Shown: positions 39,163 to 47,291 of the stretch, piece by piece
How positions within the stretch are numbered: position 1 is the stretch's first letter
Layout of the letters: the number at the start of each line of letters is the position of its first letter
From: a virus
Virus record (IMG/VR): IMGVR_UViG_3300029267_004179
Span: 32,001-96,000 of that record
Reading direction: 5' to 3' (one strand)
Length of the DNA: 64,000 nt
The notes under the pieces: model-generated
Database searches by the model: none
Seen by the model: only the letters and a program-made list of their open reading frames with translations
Told to the model about the DNA's origin: nothing
Position numbers and translations under genes: made by a program

Positions 39163-39398
39163 ATGAAAAAACGAAGGCTATATGTGGTTAGAGGGTCCGA
39201 AGACGGCATCGTAGGTGTTTACACCAACATCAAGCTTGCTTGGGAAAAGCCATTAAGGGCTTGAATGGTCATACCGGAAGTTATGCGGAAGCCGTGGTAA
39301 TGCTTAAAAAATCACATTATTTCACAGTTGAGTAAAAAGTCCCTGAAATGGGAGTCAAAGCAATATACTATATCAGTCTTCATTATTTAAATGAATAA
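39163..39398 (+). pseudogene. disrupted early gene (frameshift plus internal stop)
   Basis: GGAGG RBS; MKKRRLYVVRGSEDGIVGVYTNIKLAWEK, shift near 39245-39250, AIKGLNG...TVE*(39333)KVPEMG...YLNE*. Confidence 0.6.
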
Positions 39399-39425
39399 GT
39401 TTAAAAAACTATAAAGGAGGTAAAA

Positions 39426-39656
39426 ATGGCATTCAGAATCCTAATTCATGATGATAAAATTGGTGGAGTCGAAGACGTTCTGGAGATGGATTTGGACGTG
39501 GCACTAACTCCCAAAGGACAACTCACCGCATGGCTTCATCGACGCATTGTCAATGAAATCAAAAAAGTGGCAGAAGTGGCCGAAATGAGTTCAAACCAAA
39601 AATGGTTTAAAAAGGCAAGAAGGACAATATTGATTGAACCGGCAAGCGGAAAATAA
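39426..39656 (+). CDS. early hypothetical protein
   Basis: AGGAGG RBS; stop codon abuts ribozyme 3. Confidence 0.7.
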   Translation: MAFRILIHDDKIGGVEDVLEMDLDVALTPKGQLTAWLHRRIVNEIKKVAEVAEMSSNQKWFKKARRTILIEPASGK

Positions 39657-39657
39657 A

Positions 39658-39718
39658 CACCGAAACGGCCGCAAGGCCGTCGTGGTAGGGTTGTGCCTAC
39701 CGCCTGATGAGGTAGCCA
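39658..39718 (+). ncRNA. type II hammerhead ribozyme 3
   Basis: ACC-GAAA-CGGCC(GCAA)GGCCG-TC-GTGGTAGG(GTTGTG)CCTACCGC-CTGATGA-GGTAGCC; predicted cut after C39681. Confidence 0.93.
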
Positions 39719-39751
39719 AATAAAATACAAACAATATAAAAGGAGGATATT

Positions 39752-41167
39752 ATGAAGAAGGCTGATGACATCACAAGTTATTTGAGAGCTGGATTCAGTG
39801 CTTTCTGGGTAACTACTCAAGAGCCAAGAAGGGCTGTTGAGGTGCTGACTGAGAAGATTGAGCAATTTGTCCGGAAGGATGGTGGCAAATACAGGATTGG
39901 CAATTGGAACTGTCTTGGTGGTGATCCTGTAAAGGCCTTGTCTATCAATGGTGATTTTAATGTAAAATTCTTGATGAACTATCATTGGTTCATCAAGAAA
40001 CCACCTGTTGTGCAGACAATTCAGGATAACATAGAAGTCTGGAAAAATCATGGCAATGCTATCATAGTTGTTTCTCCTGTGATGGATATCCCCATTGAGC
40101 TTGAAAAGGATTTTGTACCTTTGTCATTGGAGCTGCCTGATGAAAAGGCCATTAAAAAGTCTTTCCAATACATTTCTGAGAGTACAAACGGGGCTGTTAA
40201 AGTGCCAGATGGGACTGATTTTGATAAGCTTGTGTCTGCCTCAAAAGGGCTTACACAGCTGGAATTAGAAAACACATTGGCCTTGTCTGTTGTGAAGAAA
40301 AGAAATTTTGATAGTGAGGTCATTTCTGATCATAAAGCCAGCATCGTTGAAAAAAGTGGACTTTTGGAGATAGTTAAGCCAACTATTACATTTGATGATG
40401 TGTGTGGTTATGACCAGATTAAACAGTTTGTCCTTTCTACTATCCGCAAGCCTGAAGCAAAGGGCATCTTAATTCTTGGTCCACCTGGATGTGGTAAAAC
40501 GATGTTCATGAATGCTCTTGTCGGCACTACCGGGAAAATAGGACTTAACCTGAATTTTGGGAAGATGTTCTCAAAATATCAGGGTGAGACTGACCAGAAC
40601 ATCGAAGCAGCTATAAAGGTGATTGAGGCCATCGGTGACTGTATTGTGATGGTAGATGAGTTTGAGAAGCAATTTGCCGGTGCTGCTTCTACCGGTGAAA
40701 CAGATAGTGGTGTGACCAGAAGGGCAACTGGCCGATGGTTGAGGTTTATGCAAGAAAGGCCAAAAGGTGTTTATATCATCGGCACATGCAACTCATTTAG
40801 AGGCATGCCGCCTGAGTATCTGAGGCCTGGAAGATGGGACAGCAGCCCTTTCTTCATTGATCTTCCGAGTCAAGGCGAAAAAATGGAGATCATGGCATAT
40901 TATTTGGGGAAATACAGGCTGGCTGTCGATGGGAGAACACCAAGACTGCCGGCCATGGATAAATGGACTGGAGCTGAAATTGAAGCGTGCTGCCGTAATG
41001 CTTCAATGATGGAGTGCTCTGTGGCTGATGCATCAAAGTTCGTTTTGCCTCAGGCAAAAACTATGGAAGATGAAATTTCCGAGCTGAGGACATGGTCGAA
41101 AGGCAGGACAATTCCAGCAACCATTGTGATAAAGAAAAAGAAAAAGAAAAGGGTAATTGACACATAG
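39752..41167 (+). CDS. Ycf46-like AAA+ ATPase
   Basis: Degenerate N-terminal AAA (T.E..R, IP.EL....LP), GPPGCGKT, VDEFEK, PPEYLRPGRWD..FFIDLP, WTGAEIE. Confidence 0.88.
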   Translation: MKKADDITSYLRAGFSAFWVTTQEPRRAVEVLTEKIEQFVRKDGGKYRIGNWNCLGGDPVKALSINGDFNVKFLMNYHWFIKKPPVVQTIQDNIEVWKNHGNAIIVVSPVMDIPIELEKDFVPLSLELPDEKAIKKSFQYISESTNGAVKVPDGTDFDKLVSASKGLTQLELENTLALSVVKKRNFDSEVISDHKASIVEKSGLLEIVKPTITFDDVCGYDQIKQFVLSTIRKPEAKGILILGPPGCGKTMFMNALVGTTGKIGLNLNFGKMFSKYQGETDQNIEAAIKVIEAIGDCIVMVDEFEKQFAGAASTGETDSGVTRRATGRWLRFMQERPKGVYIIGTCNSFRGMPPEYLRPGRWDSSPFFIDLPSQGEKMEIMAYYLGKYRLAVDGRTPRLPAMDKWTGAEIEACCRNASMMECSVADASKFVLPQAKTMEDEISELRTWSKGRTIPATIVIKKKKKKRVIDT

Positions 41168-41169
41168 TT

Positions 41170-41256
41170 ACAGTTAGGTGACCAGGTTTTCCTGGTCACC
41201 TGTTAAGGTAGCAAGCTGAAATCTTTGTTCTTGCTACCTTAACAGGTGATAGCTGT
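41170..41256 (+). promoter_or_regulatory. intergenic overlapping double hairpin (possible RNase III processing site)
   Basis: 11-bp hairpin at 41176-41201 overlapping a perfect 20-bp stem 41196-41215/41230-41249. Confidence 0.6.
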
Positions 41257-41293
41257 TTACTATCAACACTTATTCATATAAAATGGAGGGATT

Positions 41294-41494
41294 ATGGCTA
41301 AAAAAGTGGAGATTATTCTTGGCAAAGACGGCTCTGTAAAGATTGAGGCCTTTGGGTTTAAAGGCTCATCTTGCGAAGAAGCTGTGGAATTTTTGAAAAA
41401 GACATTGGGTGATCCTGAAACGCACGATTTGAAATCCTCCTATTATGAGGATGATTGTTTAGTTAATGGGCTGCCCAGCGGTTATTGCGGTTAA
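41294..41494 (+). CDS. DUF2997-family protein
   Basis: I....DG.V.IEA.GF.G.SC......L...LG......K..YY. Confidence 0.85.
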   Translation: MAKKVEIILGKDGSVKIEAFGFKGSSCEEAVEFLKKTLGDPETHDLKSSYYEDDCLVNGLPSGYCG

Positions 41495-41521
41495 TGCTTG
41501 ACTATTAATTGGAGGGACAAT

Positions 41522-41914
41522 ATGAGCCATATTAGCACATACAAAGCAAAAATTAAGGACATCGATGCTTTTATTCAAACACTTTCTGATGCCGGATATG
41601 CATGGCGTCAAGGGGATTTGACAGTCAAGCAGTTTGGCCGTAACTGGATAAAGTGTCATACTGCTTTCAAACTGCCAGGCTGGCAGTATGAGATTGCAAT
41701 AAACAATGAAGGTGAGCTGCTCTATGATCACTTTGGCAGCAAGCCTTCAGTGGTTGTCAATGGCAAATCCGTTAGAACAATGGACATTTTAGGGAAGACA
41801 ATCCAAGATTATAATGAGCAATCTATTGTGTCGCATGCATGGATGGAATGTGATAATGTTACCACTGAAGATTTGGAAGGTGGTGACAAAAGGGTTGTTC
41901 TTGAATGGCTGTAA
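41522..41914 (+). CDS. DUF1257/Ycf35-like protein
   Basis: MSHIS.....IKD...F...L...G; L.YD.F; Q.Y; directly after the DUF2997 gene. Confidence 0.75.
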   Translation: MSHISTYKAKIKDIDAFIQTLSDAGYAWRQGDLTVKQFGRNWIKCHTAFKLPGWQYEIAINNEGELLYDHFGSKPSVVVNGKSVRTMDILGKTIQDYNEQSIVSHAWMECDNVTTEDLEGGDKRVVLEWL

Positions 41915-41961
41915 TGGATGTCTTATAGCTGTGAATGTTTCAGATCGGAATGGAGGGTAAA

Positions 41962-42879
41962 ATGAAGAGAATCAGAAGAACTCAGGTGATGGAGAAGTTT
42001 GATCTTTTTGAAAGAGGGGTGCTTATTACCTTGGACACGAGATGTTGGGGAGCATCAGCCAAGGTGGATGACCTGACGATGAAAGGCCTTTTGAAGGAAG
42101 ATAAGGCTATGTTAGCTGATGAGATAGTTGCAGTTCAATCTCTTGTGCCTGACAAGTCAAAGCTTGCTTACATATGGCATGTCCGTGACGAGGCAAGGCG
42201 ATTTGCCCAAACCAATTCGATGCCTTCAACTATTCGTGGTCACATGTTTATTCCGAAGGATATGATTGAGTATGTTGACCATGGGCTGGCTGACCGGGAA
42301 AGAAGATTCTGGATGGGTGTGGATGAATTTCTGTTGGAATATGAAGGGCTGAGACTGAAGAAGCAAATTGAAAGCCCAGACTTGTATGATCAGTCAAAAT
42401 ATCCTGATGCAAATAGGATGCGACAGCGGTTCAAGTTCAGATGGACATTCCGGATGTTTGATGTGCCAAGTTCTGAAACAGGGTTATTATCGCCGGAAAT
42501 GTACAAGGCTGAAGTCAAAAAATTCAAGCAGGATATGGTTGATGCCAGAGACAGTATCATTTCCATAATCTCAAAAGAGTTTTTGGAAAGGATTGATTCT
42601 TTGAGGAAGCAGTGCAGCGGTGATAAGATTAGCACAGCAACTGTTGACGGGCTGAATAATTTTCTTGAAAAGTTTGATAATGTTTGGGGCGGATTCTTTG
42701 CTCATAAGCAGCTCAAGAGCATGATCAAGGATGTTAAAGCATACATGGCCGGAACAGAAGCAGATATGCTCCGGTATGATGAATCATTCAGGTCAATGGT
42801 TGGGAAGAAAATGGCTGAAGTTGGGAAGGACTTCAAAGCTGCCGGTGGTGCCCGTATCGGCAGAAAGCTGGACATATGA
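41962..42879 (+). CDS. DUF3150-like protein
   Basis: L....W.A..K, G..FIP, F...V..F...Y, D...YP....R..F. Confidence 0.65.
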   Translation: MKRIRRTQVMEKFDLFERGVLITLDTRCWGASAKVDDLTMKGLLKEDKAMLADEIVAVQSLVPDKSKLAYIWHVRDEARRFAQTNSMPSTIRGHMFIPKDMIEYVDHGLADRERRFWMGVDEFLLEYEGLRLKKQIESPDLYDQSKYPDANRMRQRFKFRWTFRMFDVPSSETGLLSPEMYKAEVKKFKQDMVDARDSIISIISKEFLERIDSLRKQCSGDKISTATVDGLNNFLEKFDNVWGGFFAHKQLKSMIKDVKAYMAGTEADMLRYDESFRSMVGKKMAEVGKDFKAAGGARIGRKLDI

Positions 42880-44147
42880 GTGCGATGAAACCAGTTGTTC
42901 CTGGATTGGATAGGATGATCTATAAGATAGCCCAATTCTGGATCAAATTCATTCCGAACCGGTCCTGTTTAGAGTTTGAGGATTTGGTTCAGGAGTGCTA
43001 TCTGGAGCATGTTAAGGCACAGAAAAGGTTTGACGAGTCAAAAGGGGTTAAATATACCACCTATCTTTATAAGGCTTTGTGGTGGCGGTGTTCAGCTATA
43101 GCCAAAACAGAGCTGAAATATAAAAATAGGGAGTTTGACAACCCATTGCCTCAGAAACCTTCTGTGCCTGAGGATGATTATCTTGTTTATGAGGGCATTT
43201 GGGCATTATCACTTCTTAGCAAGTCCTTTGCCGACATGATAATTAACGGTATTCCTGACACGCTTTTTAAACATCTTCGTCAGCATGCTGAGGATATCAA
43301 GGAAAGGAATGGCTGGAAGAATGGGTTTAGGACTTTTAGACTAAATAAGACTATTGTTGAAAGATTTTTTGGAATATCTATCAGCAAACTGAGGCACTGT
43401 TACTATAATTATAATAGAGATGATTATGAAGTTAACTTTTTAACAATGGAGGGGTTGAAAATGGAAGAAAAAAGATTAAAGGGTTTTGCCAGCGCAGTTG
43501 GAATTTCATGGGATGATTCTGTGGACATGCAAGAACAGATTTTAGATGCCATAGATGATATGGGTGAGAAGGAGTGGAAGGAACTTCCTGAAAACATCCG
43601 TGCCTGGTCGAATAAGAAAAACAAAGAGGCTGCCGCCGCCGCAAAGGCAAGCAAGCCGACAAAAGCCAAGGACAAAGATGAGCTGAAAAAGGCCAAAGAC
43701 GGCGCCAAGGAAAAGGCTGAAAAGAAAAAGGCTGTTAAAAAGCAGTCAAAGGAATATCCTACCAGATTTAAAGAGGGCACAAATGGCCATCAAATCACTG
43801 CGTTTGTTGAGGAAGCTGGCAGTGATGGGATCAGCATCACTTCTCTTATCAAGAAATGTGAAAAGGCAAAGGTGAACAGCCCTAATGTTTCAGGAAGGGT
43901 GCGGCATGTGATGCGTATGTGCACAACGATTGAAGTTGATCCACATTGCGGTCTTCTGCGTAAAGATAATGATTTATTCTTTTGGGTTGGCCCGAAGTCT
44001 GAAACTGATGCCGAGAAGCCGGCAAAACCGGCAAAGAAAGAAAAGAAAGAAGAGAAAAAACCGGCAAAGAAAGAAAAGAAAGAAAAGAAAGAAGAGAAAA
44101 AACCGGCAAAGAAAGAAAAGAAAACGAAAAAATTCAAAAAGAAGTAA
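42876..44147 (+). CDS. sigma70 region-2-like protein in frame with a Lys-rich DNA-binding-like protein (internal start at 43461)
   Basis: EFEDLVQE.YL......RFDESKGVKYTTYLY; internal GGAGG+ATG at 43461; KPAKKEKKE tail. Confidence 0.7.
   Translation: MSAMKPVVPGLDRMIYKIAQFWIKFIPNRSCLEFEDLVQECYLEHVKAQKRFDESKGVKYTTYLYKALWWRCSAIAKTELKYKNREFDNPLPQKPSVPEDDYLVYEGIWALSLLSKSFADMIINGIPDTLFKHLRQHAEDIKERNGWKNGFRTFRLNKTIVERFFGISISKLRHCYYNYNRDDYEVNFLTMEGLKMEEKRLKGFASAVGISWDDSVDMQEQILDAIDDMGEKEWKELPENIRAWSNKKNKEAAAAAKASKPTKAKDKDELKKAKDGAKEKAEKKKAVKKQSKEYPTRFKEGTNGHQITAFVEEAGSDGISITSLIKKCEKAKVNSPNVSGRVRHVMRMCTTIEVDPHCGLLRKDNDLFFWVGPKSETDAEKPAKPAKKEKKEEKKPAKKEKKEKKEEKKPAKKEKKTKKFKKK
43400..43409 (+). promoter_or_regulatory. 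putative -10-only promoter TTACTATAAT
   Basis: The same decamer occurs at 53251-53260; both lie upstream of an RBS+ATG. Confidence 0.4.
44024..44123 (+). repeat. coding tandem repeat (KPAKKEKKEEK)
   Basis: AAACCGGCAAAGAAAGAAAAGAAA repeated three times with variable spacers. Confidence 0.85.
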
Positions 44148-44157
44148 CAACTATGTT

Positions 44158-44207
44158 AAGGCCCACCAAGGGGATGAGTTGAGACTCCCTTTGGTGGGCC
44201 TTTTTTT
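44158..44207 (+). terminator. intrinsic terminator
   Basis: AGGCCCACCAAGGG...CTTTGGTGGGCCT followed by a T-run. Confidence 0.88.
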
Positions 44208-44229
44208 GTGCCATAATTTCATGTGCTGC

Positions 44230-44283
44230 TTTTAAGGCCTATAAAATTTTTACCCTATATATAGGTATTAGTTTTTTATTTTA
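44230..44283 (-). repeat. dispersed intergenic element, copy 6 (reverse)
   Basis: Reverse complement of the core at 44238-44259. Confidence 0.95.
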
Positions 44284-44373
44284 GCATCATTATAGGCTTG
44301 ATCCTGCTTGTTATTTTTATAATATAGTTAAGTACAGAATATACACTATACTCATCACACTATGGAGGATGAT

Positions 44374-45405
44374 ATGGATGATAAATATAGCATGAAGAAA
44401 ATAATTATACTTGGAGCAGGACTTGCAGGATCAGTTGCATATAATGCTTTGTCTTCGATGGCTCCTGTTGTTTACGAAGCAAAGTCAGAGGATAGGTCTG
44501 GGCTAAATGAACATCATGCTGTGATGAGGTTCAGGAACACAGATATTGGGAAGTATCTTGGGTGTGAGATGGTCCCGGTTTGTGCTACTAAGTCTGTGTT
44601 CAGGGATGGACAGCTATTTGATGTGGCAACTATAGCTGATAACAATGAGTATTCCCTGAAATGTTATGGGTCTTTAGCAGACAGGAGTTTGCATTCGCTT
44701 GGAAGGGTTGAAAGGTATATAGCTTGTGTAAGGCCTATGTCTGGGCAAATTGTTGTATATGATGCAAAAGTTGAAGAGGTTTTTAAAATAGAAGGAGTGT
44801 GCGGCATGATGTTTAGTAGCCAAGGAGATGTCAACTTGGCAGCATCAGAGAATAGGCTGAGGTATGACATTTGCATTAGCACTTTGCCTTTGCCTGTTAT
44901 TCTTAGGATATGCGGCATAAATCATCACATGAAGTTTAAATCGAAACCTATCACTGTCAGAACTTGTTACTTGGATTTTGAATCTTCAGTCCATCAAACT
45001 GTATACTTTCCATCTCATGAATTTCATGCGTATCGTGCTACACTTCAAAACAGCAGATTAATTGTAGAATTTGATGGCAAGCTTGATTCTCCGATAGATT
45101 CTTGTGTTGTGGATAAAGAAACATTGGAGGTAATGAAGATATTTGGCCTTGGTAGTATACAGAGTTGGGGATCAGATACAAAAGTACAGCCGATGGGCAA
45201 AATTGTTCCTGTTGATGATGATTCCAGAAGGGCAGCAATAATGGAGTTAACAGATATGTACAATATTTATTCTCTTGGTAGGTATGCCACATGGCGTCCA
45301 TTGAGGGCAGATCACCTTGTTAATGATATTGCAAAAATCCAAAGGATGATAAATGTATCTGAGAAGAAAAAGAAGTATTATGAAAAGTTATCCGGTAGTC
45401 TATAA
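44374..45405 (+). CDS. FAD/NAD(P)-binding oxidoreductase
   Basis: IILGAGLAG Rossmann motif, V.EA, ISTLPL, SLGRYATWR. Confidence 0.85.
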   Translation: MDDKYSMKKIIILGAGLAGSVAYNALSSMAPVVYEAKSEDRSGLNEHHAVMRFRNTDIGKYLGCEMVPVCATKSVFRDGQLFDVATIADNNEYSLKCYGSLADRSLHSLGRVERYIACVRPMSGQIVVYDAKVEEVFKIEGVCGMMFSSQGDVNLAASENRLRYDICISTLPLPVILRICGINHHMKFKSKPITVRTCYLDFESSVHQTVYFPSHEFHAYRATLQNSRLIVEFDGKLDSPIDSCVVDKETLEVMKIFGLGSIQSWGSDTKVQPMGKIVPVDDDSRRAAIMELTDMYNIYSLGRYATWRPLRADHLVNDIAKIQRMINVSEKKKKYYEKLSGSL

Positions 45406-45440
45406 TTAATTAGACAGATTAAACTATTAGAGGAGGGAAG

Positions 45441-46217
45441 ATGAAGGTACATCTACTCAATTACACAAATGAGGCAAAGGACTTGCTTATTTTTAGCAAA
45501 CGCACAAGGCATATGGCAAATGCAGACGCACTTGAGAAAGTGAAGAGCATGACAGAAGCTGAGAAGGACAAAGAACTTGATTATGTTTTCAACACAATTG
45601 GCAGCAGTTGGGAATTTGTCTCCTATACTTTTTTGATTGAGGACGTCACCAGGGCGTTTACTCATCAGCTGGTAAGGCATAGGGTTGGGACGGCGTTTGC
45701 ACAACAGGCAATGAGGGTGGCAAGGATGGAAGACTTTGGCTATCTTGTGCCTCCTAAGTTTAGTTTAGCTGCTGTTGAGTCTTATTCTAACATTATGAGC
45801 AATATTCAGGAAGGATACGATGCCCTTCTTGTGGAGTTTGATGCTGATCAGCAAGATGCCAGAGGAGTACTCCCAACAAATATTCATACAAACATTTTGT
45901 TCAAGGTCAATTTAAGAGCTATTGCTGATATTTCTCATATTCGGCTTTGTATTAGAGCACAAGGGGAGTTTCAGAATGTCGCTTTTAGGATGAAAAAGTT
46001 GATTGAATCAGTTCATCCTTGGGCAGGAAGAGTACTTGGCCCTGAGTGTATAGTGAATTGGAGATGTGCTTTCCCGAAGTATAAACAGTGTCCTATTAAG
46101 GAGATGCATCTGTGGCTGAATGGTCCTGCGGATGAAGAGATTGCTGAAATGAATTTTCAGTGGGAGTCAATTACAGGGTACGACCCTCAGCCAGATATAG
46201 TTAAATCATGGGAATAG
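45441..46217 (+). CDS. thyX: FAD-dependent thymidylate synthase
   Basis: VTRAFTHQLVRHR...FAQQAMR (ThyX motif with Ser replaced by Ala), ARGVLP.N..T, N.R, RLC.RAQ.E. Confidence 0.88.
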   Translation: MKVHLLNYTNEAKDLLIFSKRTRHMANADALEKVKSMTEAEKDKELDYVFNTIGSSWEFVSYTFLIEDVTRAFTHQLVRHRVGTAFAQQAMRVARMEDFGYLVPPKFSLAAVESYSNIMSNIQEGYDALLVEFDADQQDARGVLPTNIHTNILFKVNLRAIADISHIRLCIRAQGEFQNVAFRMKKLIESVHPWAGRVLGPECIVNWRCAFPKYKQCPIKEMHLWLNGPADEEIAEMNFQWESITGYDPQPDIVKSWE

Positions 46218-46227
46218 TAGGTATGAT

Positions 46228-46926
46228 GTGGCAAATCAAAAGTTAAGGCATGAAGAATTGCTCGCAGCACGGCACTCAAGATTTTCAGGGAAGAGTGTTA
46301 AAGAGTATATTAATGATCAGCTGGGTGTTCCTGGCAAATCAAGTTTAATCACTGATGAGTCTTTCGAAGAAGCAAGGGAGCAATGTGCTGGAATTAGGAA
46401 TGGCACTCTTGTTATGCTTGATGGGGTTGTTTATACAAGGGAAGAGTATTCTGAAAAAGTAAAGGCAGAAAGAAGGGAAAGAAGGAGAGCAAAAAGAAGA
46501 AGGAGAACAGAAAGAAGGATGATGACAGATTCCCCTTCTTACAGTGATTCTGGAAGGACGATGGCTGATAAAAGTAATGCACAAGGAAATAGATTGCCTA
46601 TAGGACATTCTCAATCCAGGTCTTATATTGAATTTGAAATAGTGTCTATTTTGAGTCAAACAGATAAATCTTATTATGTTATGTTCAATAGGAACACTTC
46701 TGCTTATATAGCAAAAAGCCAATCAATATATGATATGAATAAGCCAAATAGGATCAAGATCAAACCATGGCTTGTTCACAAGGCAGAACTTGTTGTAAGA
46801 GCAAGCAAGCAAATAATCAACCCTGTGACTGATTCACCTACAGTTGTTGAAAAACATAAGCTTAAACAGGAGCCAAAGGAAAGATGGGAAAAACAGAGAA
46901 GATCGAAAAGGAAAATAGACATATGA
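46228..46926 (+). CDS. hypothetical protein
   Basis: Long ORF in the operon; QTDKS.....YIAKSQ....I.PWL motif. Confidence 0.6.
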   Translation: MANQKLRHEELLAARHSRFSGKSVKEYINDQLGVPGKSSLITDESFEEAREQCAGIRNGTLVMLDGVVYTREEYSEKVKAERRERRRAKRRRRTERRMMTDSPSYSDSGRTMADKSNAQGNRLPIGHSQSRSYIEFEIVSILSQTDKSYYVMFNRNTSAYIAKSQSIYDMNKPNRIKIKPWLVHKAELVVRASKQIINPVTDSPTVVEKHKLKQEPKERWEKQRRSKRKIDI

Positions 46927-47273
46927 ACAACCATTTCTTTCAAGGGGATGTAGAAGAGACGGATGCAATGATAAAGAAGATATTTGATGACTCCTTGAGA
47001 ATGATGCTTGAAAAGAATAGAAGCCGTGGTGACTGTTGGAGAGGAGTTGGCCTCAAAGGTGCTTTTTTAGAGATTAGAGCTTCATTTATGAGATTGAAGA
47101 ATCTTGCTTGGTATGGGTCAGCTCCTGTGTTGCATGGTGATGAAGCTGTGCTTGAGTATAAAAAGGAACTGTTGAATGTTTTGGTTGATTTGCGCTGCTT
47201 TGCTGTTCTTGGTGAGATGTCTGTTCTTACAGACAATTGGGAAGGTGATGATGATATTGATTCTGAACTATGA
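46923..47273 (+). CDS. nucleotide-modification-associated (Nmad1/DUF1599-like) helical protein
   Basis: EKN..RGD.W, RL.NL, L.DL..FA pattern. Confidence 0.55.
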   Translation: MNNHFFQGDVEETDAMIKKIFDDSLRMMLEKNRSRGDCWRGVGLKGAFLEIRASFMRLKNLAWYGSAPVLHGDEAVLEYKKELLNVLVDLRCFAVLGEMSVLTDNWEGDDDIDSEL

Positions 47274-47291
47274 TTTGAAGGAGTATTCAAT

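Noticed and set aside
38714-39718. Early-region repeats as a mini-CRISPR array or attC/integron cassettes
   Set aside because: The conserved positions are exactly the hammerhead catalytic core; no cas gene or integrase in the window
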